Notes: generated by a model from the letters alone, not told the origin. Shown: positions 19,469 through 30,092, numbered from the stretch's first letter. The stretch is 64,000 bases of DNA from Bacteroidales bacterium (GCA_027858745.1 JAQICB010000077.1:6224-70223), one strand, 5' to 3'. Numbers and translations: made by a program.

Positions 19469-20034
19469 TAATGAATTATTTTTGAATAATCGAGATGAGG
19501 AGCAATTATCTGTTTTGATAACAGGCTTTCTTGCTCTTTTTGACTCAGATTAAAAAATCCTTTTAGATATGTTCGACATCCGAATTTTCGACATTTACAA
19601 GCTGTGTCTTTTAAATCTTTGGACAATTCTGTTTCTGTTGTTGCATAATCAAACGTGAACTCTTCTCCTTTATAAATGTCTTGAGTTGCAATAAGTACTA
19701 CATGACCTGTTCCTGAAGAACTACGGTACTGTGTCCACATATAGCAATTAGGAACGCAGGAGTGATTTGCGAAAACACCGAAATTTCCGGGTTCAATATG
19801 CACATCGTTACCTATTTGTATTGATGTTTTCGTTCGTGTACAGGTAATGTGATTTTTGAACGAAAAAACAACTGAATGCTTCGGAATGGTGTCTATTGCA
19901 ATAAGACCCTTTTCCCCTTGTATGAAACTGCTGTCACTTATAATAACCGAATCGTTACGAAAATCAGATATTTCTTCAGAATTACCGATTTGATGCAACA
20001 GCATCTCGTGAATATCAATATGATCAAACATCAT
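19468..20034 (-). CDS. SET-domain protein-lysine methyltransferase-like protein
   Basis: SET signature FANHSCVPNC, EEFTFDY, and a post-SET-like Cys cluster CKCRKFGC. 188 aa. Its stop codon overlaps the recR start (TAATG, shared nt 19468). Confidence 0.75.
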   Translation of the reverse strand: MMFDHIDIHEMLLHQIGNSEEISDFRNDSVIISDSSFIQGEKGLIAIDTIPKHSVVFSFKNHITCTRTKTSIQIGNDVHIEPGNFGVFANHSCVPNCYMWTQYRSSSGTGHVVLIATQDIYKGEEFTFDYATTETELSKDLKDTACKCRKFGCRTYLKGFFNLSQKEQESLLSKQIIAPHLDYSKIIH

Positions 20035-20246
20035 AATGTACCTATTTTATAATTTTAACTAAATTACTATTAATATTTCATGATTTTTTAGCTTTTAAAC
20101 AAGGAGTTATTAAAAAAATATTAACAAATTAGTGTTAATTAAATAAGGGGCAATACACTGATATGCACGTGTTTTTTTACAATAAAGGTTTATAGATCCA
20201 CGCAGAATGGGATATATCGAACTCTCGTTGTAAAAATGACTGTTCT

Positions 20247-20273
20247 AAAAAACGGTAATTCTTACGGTTTTTG
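20247..20273 (-). terminator. probable intrinsic terminator of the 20286-20906 gene
   Basis: Imperfect A/T-flanked hairpin AAAAAACGGTAA-TTC-TTACGGTTTTT with one G-G mismatch, starting 13 nt after the stop codon. Confidence 0.45.
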
Positions 20274-20285
20274 TGTCTCGAAGTC

Positions 20286-20906
20286 TTAACTCATGAGTTT
20301 AACATCGGTAAATTCGTTGAGTCTTTCTTTAATTGATGTTCCATTTGCATCTTTAAAGTTTGTTTGTCCGTTTGTTTCGAGATATTGTTTTACATACCCA
20401 AAACCGAGCATTGATGCGAATAAGATACCTGCTTTGGTAATATGAACACCATCAATTTCCTGTCCAACGTATGTTTCAATGGTTTGTCTCATATATACTT
20501 TTTCTACTTTTGATATAAACCATCGAATAAAACGTTCTTGTTCTGCAGGAGTAAATATTTTGGTGTCAAAATAATATACAACTCTGCCACTTGGCAAGGT
20601 GTCTGAATAGATTGTTTTGTGTATTGAATCGATTAAACGTATAGGATAACCAAAATCAACAAGAGCCTGTCTGCTTGCTTGATATTTTCCCAACATATTC
20701 ATTTGATTCGAAACATTATAGCGATTGCTTGATTCTTTGAATGCGATATGTTTGTATAAATCTGTTTTACTGATATATTCATAGGTTTTTTCTGCATGTA
20801 TTGAAATTTTGTCATCAAAATGCAAAGGATTTTTGGCAGCAAAGTTGGGTAATGTTGTAAATGCCAACAAGATTAATGTTCTTATGTATTGTTTTCTTCG
20901 TTTCAT
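20286..20906 (-). CDS. hypothetical secreted protein (weak lytic-transglycosylase-like ES...GKYQ motif)
   Basis: 206 aa with a signal peptide. FKESSNRYNVSNQMNMLGKYQ loosely recalls the SLT catalytic region. It has its own -7 box and terminator. Confidence 0.35.
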   Translation of the reverse strand: MKRRKQYIRTLILLAFTTLPNFAAKNPLHFDDKISIHAEKTYEYISKTDLYKHIAFKESSNRYNVSNQMNMLGKYQASRQALVDFGYPIRLIDSIHKTIYSDTLPSGRVVYYFDTKIFTPAEQERFIRWFISKVEKVYMRQTIETYVGQEIDGVHITKAGILFASMLGFGYVKQYLETNGQTNFKDANGTSIKERLNEFTDVKLMS

Positions 20907-20953
20907 ACTCTCAATTTATTTTAAAACATATAATATGTCCTAAAAATTCTTCG

Positions 20954-20961
20954 CAAATGTA
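20954..20961 (-). promoter_or_regulatory. candidate -7 box (TACATTTG on minus strand)
   Basis: CAAATGTA on the plus strand, 47 nt upstream of the ATG at 20906. Confidence 0.4.
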
Positions 20962-21151
20962 AAGCTAACTTTTGTTACTAAACAAGAGAAATCGATAAAA
21001 ATGAGTATTTATATGTATACGAAATGTGACAACTACTAATCTTGTTGGTATGTTTAATGCTCAAAAAATCAATAAAATACATTTAAAAATTTAAAATTTT
21101 GTGTGCGTTTTATTGTTGTTTTTCTATACTGAAAAGTAAATTTAAACCATA

Positions 21152-21862
21152 TTAAAAGTTTGGTTTCAACAAGTATTTCGAATAGAATGTATTGATAATA
21201 TTAACAGCTTCTTCGGGGGTATCAACCAGCTTTATAAGGTCGATATCCTCCTCCTTAATATTTTGTTCTTTAAGCATTGAATTTTTAATCCACAAGACTA
21301 ATTCACTCCAATAATCTTTTCCAACCAGTACAATAGGGAAGTGGGCTATTTTCATTGTTTGTATAAGAGTTAATGATTCAAATAATTCGTCAAGTGTGCC
21401 AAATCCACCGGGCATAACAATAAAACCCTGAGAATATTTTATAAACATTAATTTTCGTGTAAAGAAGTAATCAAAATTAATAAGTTTGTCGGGGTCAATA
21501 TATGCATTCGGGGTTTGTTCGAAGGGAAGAACAATGTTCAAACCAACAGATTTACCGTTTTCTTTTTGTGCTCCGTAATTAGCAGCTTCCATAATTCCGG
21601 GACCACCACCGGTTATAACACCATACCCATATTTTGTTAGTTCTGATGCTATATTAGTTGCAATTTTATAATATTTATTGGTTTTGGGTGTCCGAGCCGA
21701 ACCAAAAATTGATACACAAGGGCCAATTCGTGCTAATTTATCGAAACCCTGAATGAATTCGGCTATTATTTTAAAGGTTGACCACGAATCGTTTGACTTT
21801 ATTTCTTGCCAGTCTTTTGTCTTAAATGCTTCTTTTAATAAATCTTCGTTATTCTTTTCCAT
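21152..21862 (-). CDS. LOG-family (TIGR00730-type) nucleotide 5'-monophosphate nucleosidase-like protein
   Basis: Motifs GGGPGIMEAAN and PGGFGTLDELFE. 236 aa. Confidence 0.85.
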   Translation of the reverse strand: MEKNNEDLLKEAFKTKDWQEIKSNDSWSTFKIIAEFIQGFDKLARIGPCVSIFGSARTPKTNKYYKIATNIASELTKYGYGVITGGGPGIMEAANYGAQKENGKSVGLNIVLPFEQTPNAYIDPDKLINFDYFFTRKLMFIKYSQGFIVMPGGFGTLDELFESLTLIQTMKIAHFPIVLVGKDYWSELVLWIKNSMLKEQNIKEEDIDLIKLVDTPEEAVNIINTFYSKYLLKPNF

Positions 21863-21901
21863 TATGTGATTTTTTTATCAAATATACCAAAAAAAATTAT
21901 T

Positions 21902-24763
21902 TTAAATACTAAGTTCCCCTTTTAGAAATTGAGCAGTGTAGCTTGTTGGGTGATTAATTATTTCTTCGGGAGTTCCGGCACAAACAAGTTTGCCACCATT
22001 TTTTCCGCCTTCCGGACCAATATCTATGATGTAGTCGGCAGTTTTTATCACATCTAAATTATGTTCAATAATAATAACAGTATTGCCTTTGTTTACAATA
22101 TTTTGGAGTACGTTCATTAGAACATTTATATCATGAAAATGCAAACCTGTCGTGGGTTCATCTAAAATATATACGGTATTTCCGGTATCTTTTTTTTGTA
22201 ATTCTGCTGCTAATTTTATTCGCTGTGCTTCACCGCCAGAAAGGGTTGTAGATGATTGACCTAATGTGAGATATCCTAAACCAACATCTTGTATTGTTTT
22301 GAGCTTATGTGAAATATGAGGAATGTTTTCGAAAAACTCAACTGCTTGGTTTATGGTCATTTTCAACACATCACTTATAGATTTTCCTTTGAATCGAATA
22401 TCGAGCGTTTCACGATTATATCTGTTTCCATAGCATTCGTCACACGTCACATACACATCCGGCAGAAAATTCATTTCAATGGTTTTTACACCAGCTCCTT
22501 TACAGGTCTCGCATCGTCCACCTTTAATGTTAAAAGAAAAGCGACCAGCTTTGTAGCCTCTCATTTTCGATTCCGGTAATTGTTCGAATAATTTTCGAAT
22601 ATCACTAAAAATATTTGTATACGTTACCGGATTTGAACGGGGCGTTCTCCCAATAGGTGATTGATTTATTTCTATAACTTTATTTACATATTTTAATCCT
22701 TCAAATTTTGAATATGCTAAAGGATCTTGTTTTGAACGGTAAAAGTATTGGTTAAGAATAGGATGAAGGGTCTGATTGATAAGTGTAGATTTACCACTTC
22801 CGGACACACCTGTTACGCAGGTAAGAGTGCCTAAAGGTATCGAAACATCTACGTTTTGTAAGTTATTTCCTCGTGCACCTCGTATCGTTATACTTTTACC
22901 CGATCCTTTTCTACGTTTTTTTGGAATGGGGATAGATTTTATGCCTTGTAAATATTCTCCGGTAATGCTATTTTGTGCGATAAATTCAGGAGGTGTTCCC
23001 TGTGCGGTTATTTCCCCTCCCTTTTTCCCGGCATGGGGACCAATATCAATAACATAATCGGCTGCAAGAATCATATCTTTGTCGTGTTCAACAACAATAA
23101 CAGAATTGTCATTGTCACGTAAATTTTTTAAAGCGATTATCAACTGTTGATTATCTCGTTGATGCAATCCAATACTTGGTTCATCGAGAATATATAATAC
23201 ATTTACCAATTTTGAACCGATTTGTGTTGCCAAACGTATTCTCTGACTTTCGCCTCCCGACAAACTGCGGGAATTTCGGTTTAAACTCAAATAATGCAGT
23301 CCAACGTCTAATAAAAAAGTAATGCGTGTTTCAATTTCTTTAATAATTTCAACACCTATCTTATGCTGTTTTGTACTTATCTTGTTGGGTAAATCTTGTA
23401 TCCATTTGTACAAGTCATTTATAGGAAGTTGTGATACTTTAGAAATATTTTTATCTGCTAGTTTGTAATGGAGAAATTCTTTTTTTAATCGCTGTCCTTT
23501 ACACACGGGGCAGGTCGTCTTTTTTAAGTATTCTTGTTTTACATCACCCTTTTTTTCATCAGCAAGCAAACCATGTTGCTCAATATATGCGAGTATTCCC
23601 TCAAAATTGAGAAAGTGATTTGATTGAATACCAATAGGGGTATTTTTGAAAGTAAACATTTCTTGCGAACCGTACAAAATGATACTTTGAGCTTGTTCTG
23701 AAATATCTGAAAAAGAGGTGTCAAGAGAGAAATCATATTTAGCTGCAATTGCTTCTAATTTACAAAAAATCAGATTTTTTTTGTGAGCACCCAAAGGTTT
23801 TATAGCACCTTTTTTTATACTCAAAGATTTCTCGGGAATGATTTTTTCTATATCAATTTCATTAATCATTCCCAATCCAGCACACCTTTGGCAAGCCCCA
23901 TGAGGTGAATTGAATGAAAAGGAGTGTGGCGCCGGATCGTTGTATGACAAGCCGGTTGTCGGGCACATAAGATTTTTACTGTAGTATTTTCCTTCTTCGG
24001 CATCTTTTTCAATAATGAGACAAACACCTTTGCCTTGTTTCATTGCTGTATCTAATGATTGTTTCAGCCGTTGTGGAGCTCCTTCAGGACTAATCGTGCA
24101 TTTATCAATTACTATTTCAATGAAATGAGTTTTATATCTATCAAGTTTTAATCCGTAGGTTAATTCTTTAATTTTACCATTAATACGTGCATGTAAATAA
24201 CCTTTTTTACGGAAAGTTTCAAATAGTTCTTTGTAATGTCCCTTTCGTCCTTGAATAACAGGGGCGAGGAGAAGAATTTTTTTATTGGAAAAATCTTTTT
24301 GTATTTGTTCAATAATTTTTTGCGGGGTATATTTTACCATTTGCTCGCCCGTATTGTATGAGTATGCCTCGCCAATTCGTGCATACAAAAGACGGAGAAA
24401 ATCATATATTTCTGTAACCGTACCAACAGTTGAACGAGGGTTTTTGTTTACCGTTTTTTGTTCAATTGAAATTACGGGACTTAATCCGGTAATTTTATCC
24501 ACATCGGGACGTTCCATTGTGCCAAGAAATTGGCGTGCGTATGCAGAAAATGTTTCAATGTATCGTCGTTGTCCTTCTGCATAAATTGTATCAAATGCTA
24601 ATGATGACTTTCCGCTGCCACTTAGTCCGGTAATGACAGTTAGTGAATTTCGAGGAATTGAAACAGTTATGTTTTTTAAGTTGTGAACACGAGCTCCTTC
24701 AACATATATTGCATCTTCTTCTTGTACATCTAACAAATTTTCGCTTTCTCTTCGAGTCTCCAT
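21902..24763 (-). CDS. uvrA: excinuclease ABC subunit A
   Basis: Two ABC modules ([24 protein letters not shown]; [24 protein letters not shown]) and zinc-finger Cys pairs ([14 protein letters not shown]). ATG at 24763 ([11 protein letters not shown]...) is preferred, because the 24826 extension overlaps the upstream SLT gene. Confidence 0.95.
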   Translation of the reverse strand: METRRESENLLDVQEEDAIYVEGARVHNLKNITVSIPRNSLTVITGLSGSGKSSLAFDTIYAEGQRRYIETFSAYARQFLGTMERPDVDKITGLSPVISIEQKTVNKNPRSTVGTVTEIYDFLRLLYARIGEAYSYNTGEQMVKYTPQKIIEQIQKDFSNKKILLLAPVIQGRKGHYKELFETFRKKGYLHARINGKIKELTYGLKLDRYKTHFIEIVIDKCTISPEGAPQRLKQSLDTAMKQGKGVCLIIEKDAEEGKYYSKNLMCPTTGLSYNDPAPHSFSFNSPHGACQRCAGLGMINEIDIEKIIPEKSLSIKKGAIKPLGAHKKNLIFCKLEAIAAKYDFSLDTSFSDISEQAQSIILYGSQEMFTFKNTPIGIQSNHFLNFEGILAYIEQHGLLADEKKGDVKQEYLKKTTCPVCKGQRLKKEFLHYKLADKNISKVSQLPINDLYKWIQDLPNKISTKQHKIGVEIIKEIETRITFLLDVGLHYLSLNRNSRSLSGGESQRIRLATQIGSKLVNVLYILDEPSIGLHQRDNQQLIIALKNLRDNDNSVIVVEHDKDMILAADYVIDIGPHAGKKGGEITAQGTPPEFIAQNSITGEYLQGIKSIPIPKKRRKGSGKSITIRGARGNNLQNVDVSIPLGTLTCVTGVSGSGKSTLINQTLHPILNQYFYRSKQDPLAYSKFEGLKYVNKVIEINQSPIGRTPRSNPVTYTNIFSDIRKLFEQLPESKMRGYKAGRFSFNIKGGRCETCKGAGVKTIEMNFLPDVYVTCDECYGNRYNRETLDIRFKGKSISDVLKMTINQAVEFFENIPHISHKLKTIQDVGLGYLTLGQSSTTLSGGEAQRIKLAAELQKKDTGNTVYILDEPTTGLHFHDINVLMNVLQNIVNKGNTVIIIEHNLDVIKTADYIIDIGPEGGKNGGKLVCAGTPEEIINHPTSYTAQFLKGELSI

Positions 24764-24794
24764 AATCAAAAATATATGTTGTTTGAAATGAGTG

Positions 24795-25736
24795 TTACTG
24801 GTCGGTATTTCGTTGTGAAATATCAACTATTTTAATTTTGTATGGATTGTCTTTATGAGTTTGAGGTAATGATTTTGATCGTATCCAAGGATTCATAATT
24901 CTTATTAATTTATAATTCGAATTGTGGTCTTTCGCAAACTGTGCAATATCAGAAATAGCAGTGTCTATTGTAAGCGTCTTAAATTCAGGCAGATGATATT
25001 TCTCATCAGTCTGTATAAAATAACCATATTTTTCAGGATGTTCCATAATCAGTTTTAAAGCTAAAACACGAAAAACATATCGTCCGGTTTGAGAGTTAGT
25101 GTGTAAATCGTAATACGAATCAATGTATTGGTAGTCTGTCTGTTTATTTAAGCCATACATGCCAACATTGTAAGATGCTGCAGCTAGTGTCCACGAGCCA
25201 AATCGCTCATAAGCCTTTTTAAAATATTTACAGGCAGCTTCAGTTGATTTTTCAATATCATATCGTTCGTCAATGTAATGATTTACCGTTAAACCATATT
25301 GTTCTGCTGTTTTTTCTAAAAATTGCCAATACCCCGTTGCTCCCGAAGGTGAAACATTGTGTAAAAAACCACTTTCGGCAAGTGCGAGGTATTTAAAGTC
25401 TTCGGGAACATTATTTTTTTCCAATACATATTCTATAATGGGAAAGTAACGTCCGATTTTTTTAAAAAACATGGTGGTTTGCGATTGCCAATATACATTT
25501 ACAAGCAATTCTCGCTCAAGGCTTTCGCGAGTGTCAAAATTATGTATTGGAACAGTCTCATTAAAAAGTGTTATCGAATCGGGGATATAGAGTTGTTCTA
25601 TTTTTATTGTATATGGTTTACTTTGTGGTTTGCTTTCCATTGAATTGTTTTGTGAAAAATTCACTAAAAACAGCGATAGAAAACAGACAATAAGAATAGA
25701 TATAATAATTAGTGAATGATTTTTTTGTAAACTCAT
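24795..25736 (-). CDS. lytic murein transglycosylase (SLT domain, MltD-like)
   Basis: N-terminal TM/signal anchor. Catalytic region YLALAESGFLHNVSPSGATGYWQF and ...AAASYNVG. Confidence 0.8.
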   Translation of the reverse strand: MSLQKNHSLIIISILIVCFLSLFLVNFSQNNSMESKPQSKPYTIKIEQLYIPDSITLFNETVPIHNFDTRESLERELLVNVYWQSQTTMFFKKIGRYFPIIEYVLEKNNVPEDFKYLALAESGFLHNVSPSGATGYWQFLEKTAEQYGLTVNHYIDERYDIEKSTEAACKYFKKAYERFGSWTLAAASYNVGMYGLNKQTDYQYIDSYYDLHTNSQTGRYVFRVLALKLIMEHPEKYGYFIQTDEKYHLPEFKTLTIDTAISDIAQFAKDHNSNYKLIRIMNPWIRSKSLPQTHKDNPYKIKIVDISQRNTDQ

Positions 25737-25739
25737 ATA

Positions 25740-26831
25740 TTAGTTTGTTTTATTTTTAGTGTGTGCAATACGTGAAATTATATAAAAACTAGTTGATATT
25801 ATTGCAATAAAAATAAGGGCAATAATATAATAATTTGTATGAATTGCAATATTTGTAAATGAAATAATATAAAAAACAATGCCATTTGAAATAAGAGACA
25901 ATATTATAAATACACGAGCAACATTTCGTTCGGATAAACCCATATAAACCAAATTGTGAGTTGTGTGATATTTATCTCCGATAAAAGGTGATTTGCCTTT
26001 TGCTAATCTATTGATAGAAACTACGGCTGTGTCGGTAAGCGGGAGAAGAAAAGCCAATCCTACAAGTATAAAACTTTCGTAGTTTATTCCAACAATCGAT
26101 TGAGGTGCATTCCAAATGTATTGAATACTGAAAATAGCAAGAATAATTCCTAAAAACTGACTACCATTGTCGCCCATATACATTTTCGAAGGATGCCAAT
26201 TCCAATATAAATAGACAAGTAAAGCCGGAATAAGTGAGGTTAAAATGAGTAAATCTAACATGTTTTGATGAGCCATGTAGATTATTCCGCCAATTGCAAT
26301 AAGTATTACTGTAGAAACCGATCCGCTGATAGCATCCATATTATCGAGCATGTTAATAGAATTCATAATACCAATAACCCATAAAATTGTTAATGTGTAA
26401 TTTATGATGTTATTGTCGGATGTCGTAATATAAACATTACAATAAATAAGAGCAGATGCACAGAATAATTGAACGATAAATTTTTTGAACGGTCCTTGAT
26501 TTTGTAAATCATCAAACAAGCCCATAAAAAAAGAGAGGCTTACCGTAACCAATAATACACAAATATATTGAGTTTCGATATTTCCAAAATCGAGCGATAC
26601 AATAGCAACAATATATGCTAAAATAAAACTAATATAAAAAACTATACCGCCAAAAATGGGTTTCGTTTGTGATGCCCACCTCTCACTGTCTGTATTTTTC
26701 TTTGTTAAAATCTGAAATGTTCGTTTGTGCAAAAGCATTTTGTAACTAAAGATGCTGATAATCAGCGATACAATAGCAGTTACACCCAACATGAAAAAAA
26801 TCATTATGTTCTCTTTAAAAATGAAATCCAA
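25740..26831 (-). CDS. polyprenyl-phosphate sugar-1-phosphate transferase (MraY/WecA GT4 family)
   Basis: About 10 TM segments. Motifs NMLDNMDAISG and MGDNGSQFLG. An alternative ATG at 26804 would give a TAATG overlap with the Wzc stop instead of a 28-nt overlap. Confidence 0.8.
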   Translation of the reverse strand: MDFIFKENIMIFFMLGVTAIVSLIISIFSYKMLLHKRTFQILTKKNTDSERWASQTKPIFGGIVFYISFILAYIVAIVSLDFGNIETQYICVLLVTVSLSFFMGLFDDLQNQGPFKKFIVQLFCASALIYCNVYITTSDNNIINYTLTILWVIGIMNSINMLDNMDAISGSVSTVILIAIGGIIYMAHQNMLDLLILTSLIPALLVYLYWNWHPSKMYMGDNGSQFLGIILAIFSIQYIWNAPQSIVGINYESFILVGLAFLLPLTDTAVVSINRLAKGKSPFIGDKYHTTHNLVYMGLSERNVARVFIILSLISNGIVFYIISFTNIAIHTNYYIIALIFIAIISTSFYIISRIAHTKNKTN

Positions 26832-29233
26832 CTCTTTTTAGGTTTTTGTTTTTCTTCCTCTCCATATGAATAATAGCCATAGCCAAATCCATAACCGTAA
26901 CCATACCCATAGCCGTAGTTACTATAGCCATACCCCTTGTAACCATACCCGTATTTTGATGATATTATTTCTACAGCGTTTAATACAACAGAAATATTTT
27001 TTATTTTTTTCTCTTCATCTAAGTAATTTATATTATTTACAAAATTTCGTTTCGAATAGTTAGCCCGAGTAACATAAATAGGTAAATCAGCTCGTTTAAA
27101 GCTAAATATTGCATCAGATACAATGCCGATAGGAGGGGTGTCAATAATAATTATATCATAATCTTGTTTAAGTTGTGCCAACAATTCATCGAATTTTTGT
27201 GAATTAGCTAATTCAGCGGGGTTTGGTGGAGCAGGACCTGATGTGATGACATCGAGATTTTCGAATTCAGACTTTATTATACAGTCTTTATAGTTGTCTT
27301 TTCCAATTAAAATAGTGCTTAAACCATGCTTATTTGATGATTTAAAAGTCAAGTGAATTTTTGGTTTACGTAAGTCAAGGTCGAGTAATATAACACGTTT
27401 CCCGCTGAGCGAAAACACAGCACCTAAATTGATTGCAATAAATGTTTTTCCTTCTCCTGAAATAGTAGAGGTTACGGCAATAATCTTTTGAGAATTATTG
27501 TCTTGTTGCATAAATTCCAAATTAGAACGTAAGGTTCTGAATGCTTCAGTAATGACCGAATTAGGTTTGTTTTCAACAATAAATCGATTGATTTTATTGC
27601 TTTTATTCGAAACCGGAACAACTCCGGCAACAGGAACCTTTGAGTATTTGCTTATATCACTAATAGACATGATGTCATTGTATAACATATAGCGTACAAG
27701 TGTGAGCATTAATACCGCTAACAAAAATAAAATGGCAGCTATTAATATTACCTCTGATTTAATAGGAGAAATTGGTGTTTGTGGGGTGTTTGATTTTTGA
27801 AGAATAAGATTATTTGTCACATGACCTGCTTTCGAAATCATGTATTCTGCTCGTTTTGAAACAAGTTCGTTATAAAAATTTTGATGTACAGAATGTATTC
27901 GTTTGAGCTTTGTTAATTCGATTTCATTAAAATCACTTTCTACAACTTTTTCTTGTTTCAGCTCTTTTAGTGTTTCTAGTTCTGATTTTAAACGTTGGTT
28001 AGTAATTGTAATAAATTCTTGCAATAGTTTTCGTTGTTCCGAAATTTGCTCATCAATAATTTTCACTTTATGATTATCGGCGGTAACTTCTAAAAGTAAT
28101 TTTTTTCGTTCTTCTTGTAGTTGTCTTATTCCGTTTAAGAAGTTTAAAATCATACTTTGAGAGTTTGATCCTGATAATATAGATATTAATTGAACCGTAT
28201 TAATGTTGTCGCCGTTTTCTATTTGTTGATTTACCTTTTGCAGAGATGACAATTGTTCTTGATATGATGATACTTCATCGGCATTTTTAAGGTAATTGGA
28301 TGCAATAGCTTGTTTGTTGTCAAAAATATTTCCGGTAAGGTTATTTTCTTTTTTAAATTCTTGTAATTGTTTTTCCGATTCATCTAAGCGTTCATAAACT
28401 ATAGCAAGTTGTTCTTCAATAAATGCTAATACTTTTTCTGCTCGTTCTTGTTTTTTCTCAATATTATAATTTAAAAAATCTTCACTAATTGTATTAACAA
28501 TATCAGAACTTTTTTGTGCATTATTTCCGAGGTGGCTTATTTGAATAGTGTTTGCTTGTTGGCTGAGAACTGATACTCGTAATCCTGAAATATGTTCTTG
28601 AAACGCACCGTTATCATTAAAAATTGTAAAAAACAATCGATTATTTGATGCTTTCGATTGATGCACTTTGAATTGTTCTTGGTTGGTTATATTAATATAA
28701 ATTTCTCCACCAAAAAAATTAGTCCACGTGTTTGTTTTTATAGAATCTAAAATTAGAGTATTATCTTCTTTTTTCAATACAAGAAATTGCGAAGATGCGT
28801 TATATTCTATGTAAATATCTTGATTCTCATATGCTTGTGGAAAATTTTTTGATTCCACAAAAAAAGGAGATTTATTGTATAATTCGCTTGTGAGAAATTT
28901 TCCTTCTATATAGTAACTGGTATAGAGGTTTAATTTGTGTGATGAACGTTTTAAAAATTCGCGAGACCTAATAAGTTCAATTAAATTAGTTATAGATGTA
29001 TTTCCATAAATATTTTCAATTTGCATAAAACTATTGTTCTGTTCTTCGTTAATCTGAATTACAGAATAAACCTGATAAACAGGAGGAGTATATCTGAGAT
29101 ATAAAAATGTACTTACAATAGTAATGATGCCAAAAAGTATAACGAATAAAATGTTCTTTTTTAAGACATGTGATAGTTTGGTCATGTCAAAAGAATCATT
29201 AAAAAGCGGTATTTTTTTTATTTTTTCTACCAT
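26804..29233 (-). CDS. wzc: polysaccharide co-polymerase / BY-kinase (Wzc-like) with extended Tyr-Gly tail
   Basis: N-terminal Wzz-like domain with 2 TM segments and a long coiled coil. C-terminal P-loop kinase (Walker A STISGEGKT, Walker B IIIDTPP). C-terminal tail KYGYGYKGYGYSNYGYGYGYGYGFGYGYYSYG. Confidence 0.85.
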   Translation of the reverse strand: MVEKIKKIPLFNDSFDMTKLSHVLKKNILFVILFGIITIVSTFLYLRYTPPVYQVYSVIQINEEQNNSFMQIENIYGNTSITNLIELIRSREFLKRSSHKLNLYTSYYIEGKFLTSELYNKSPFFVESKNFPQAYENQDIYIEYNASSQFLVLKKEDNTLILDSIKTNTWTNFFGGEIYINITNQEQFKVHQSKASNNRLFFTIFNDNGAFQEHISGLRVSVLSQQANTIQISHLGNNAQKSSDIVNTISEDFLNYNIEKKQERAEKVLAFIEEQLAIVYERLDESEKQLQEFKKENNLTGNIFDNKQAIASNYLKNADEVSSYQEQLSSLQKVNQQIENGDNINTVQLISILSGSNSQSMILNFLNGIRQLQEERKKLLLEVTADNHKVKIIDEQISEQRKLLQEFITITNQRLKSELETLKELKQEKVVESDFNEIELTKLKRIHSVHQNFYNELVSKRAEYMISKAGHVTNNLILQKSNTPQTPISPIKSEVILIAAILFLLAVLMLTLVRYMLYNDIMSISDISKYSKVPVAGVVPVSNKSNKINRFIVENKPNSVITEAFRTLRSNLEFMQQDNNSQKIIAVTSTISGEGKTFIAINLGAVFSLSGKRVILLDLDLRKPKIHLTFKSSNKHGLSTILIGKDNYKDCIIKSEFENLDVITSGPAPPNPAELANSQKFDELLAQLKQDYDIIIIDTPPIGIVSDAIFSFKRADLPIYVTRANYSKRNFVNNINYLDEEKKIKNISVVLNAVEIISSKYGYGYKGYGYSNYGYGYGYGYGFGYGYYSYGEEEKQKPKKSWISFLKRT

Positions 29234-29985
29234 TAATTAAATATGCTAAAAATAAGTACACTTGTAGAGGCTAATACTAAATATGGCTGAATCTCTCTCA
29301 GAACTTTATTAATATATTGAGGTCTAGAATCAACATAAATGATATCGTTTGCTTCAAGAACAAAATTTGCTTTTTTGAATTCATCGACACTTCGGATGTT
29401 GAAATTGAAAATTTTTGGGTTTTGGTTGTCTCCTCTAATCAATTTAATTTTATACGCTTTGCTATTTTCGGTTAACCCACCCGCTTCTGCAATAGCATCA
29501 AGTAAAGTTATGCCTTCTTCAGGAATATTTATTGATAAGCCGTCAGTTCCTTCGTTAAAGAACATGATGATATTTCTGTTAGTAATGTATAATTTAATGA
29601 ATGGATTCTGATAATATTTTCCCAGTTCTTGTTCTAAAAATACTTCAGCCGAATCTTTTGGCATTCCCCCAAGTTTCACTAAATCGAGAGTCGGTAATTT
29701 TACCGTACTGTCTGTCCGAACCATGTAGGTTAAACTTTGAGAACTTCGTGAAGAGTTTGAAGATTGAGTTGTTCCAATTTGGTTCGATTCGAGTAGTCGA
29801 CTGCCGTTATTGGTGTACATCAATATTTGTAATTGATCGTAGGGTTGAATGATGGTTGTTTTTTGTGTATTATCAAATTCTTTGTATTGAAAGTCCGGTT
29901 CTGTTTCAAACATTACAGTTGGACTTAATAATTTACATGATGATGTAATAATAATTAAAATACAGCAGAATATTAAACTCCTCAT
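29233..29985 (-). CDS. wza: polysaccharide export outer-membrane lipoprotein (Wza-like, Poly_export + SLBB)
   Basis: Lipoprotein signal (ITSSC). Poly_export-like IQPYDQLQI segment and SLBB-like GITLLDAIAEAGGL. TAATG overlap with wzc. Confidence 0.7.
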   Translation of the reverse strand: MRSLIFCCILIIITSSCKLLSPTVMFETEPDFQYKEFDNTQKTTIIQPYDQLQILMYTNNGSRLLESNQIGTTQSSNSSRSSQSLTYMVRTDSTVKLPTLDLVKLGGMPKDSAEVFLEQELGKYYQNPFIKLYITNRNIIMFFNEGTDGLSINIPEEGITLLDAIAEAGGLTENSKAYKIKLIRGDNQNPKIFNFNIRSVDEFKKANFVLEANDIIYVDSRPQYINKVLREIQPYLVLASTSVLIFSIFN

Positions 29986-30056
29986 TATTATAATATTTTA
30001 TACAAAAATAGTGATTTTTTTGGTACACCAAGCGTATTCTCAATAATTAATCGAAT

Positions 30057-30092
30057 AAAAAAAACGATGAACAAAACTGTTCATCGTTTTTT
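30057..30092 (-). terminator. intrinsic terminator downstream of the GH94 gene (bidirectional hairpin)
   Basis: AAAACGATGAACA (30061-30073), AAAC loop, TGTTCATCGTTTT (30078-30090). Perfect stem flanked by A and T runs, about 25 nt after the GH94 stop. Confidence 0.8.

Noticed and set aside
20213-20224. 12-nt match (TATATCGAACTC) to the inner part of the MITE right terminal repeat, in the SET / 20286 intergenic region.
   Set aside because: The outer AGGTT of the TIR is missing. There is no partner TIR, no flanking duplication and no further similarity. It could be a decayed relic, but that is not supportable from this window.
24767-24774. CAAAAATA (TAnnTTTG on the minus strand) next to uvrA.
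   Set aside because: It lies only 3 nt upstream of the preferred uvrA ATG, too close to be its -7 box. It is probably a chance occurrence inside the 3' end region of the SLT gene.
26861-26956. Short-period repeat that could be mistaken for a non-coding tandem repeat or a CRISPR-like array.
   Set aside because: The period is 6 nt and the repeat is in frame. It translates to the Tyr-Gly tail of the Wzc-like kinase, with no spacers.
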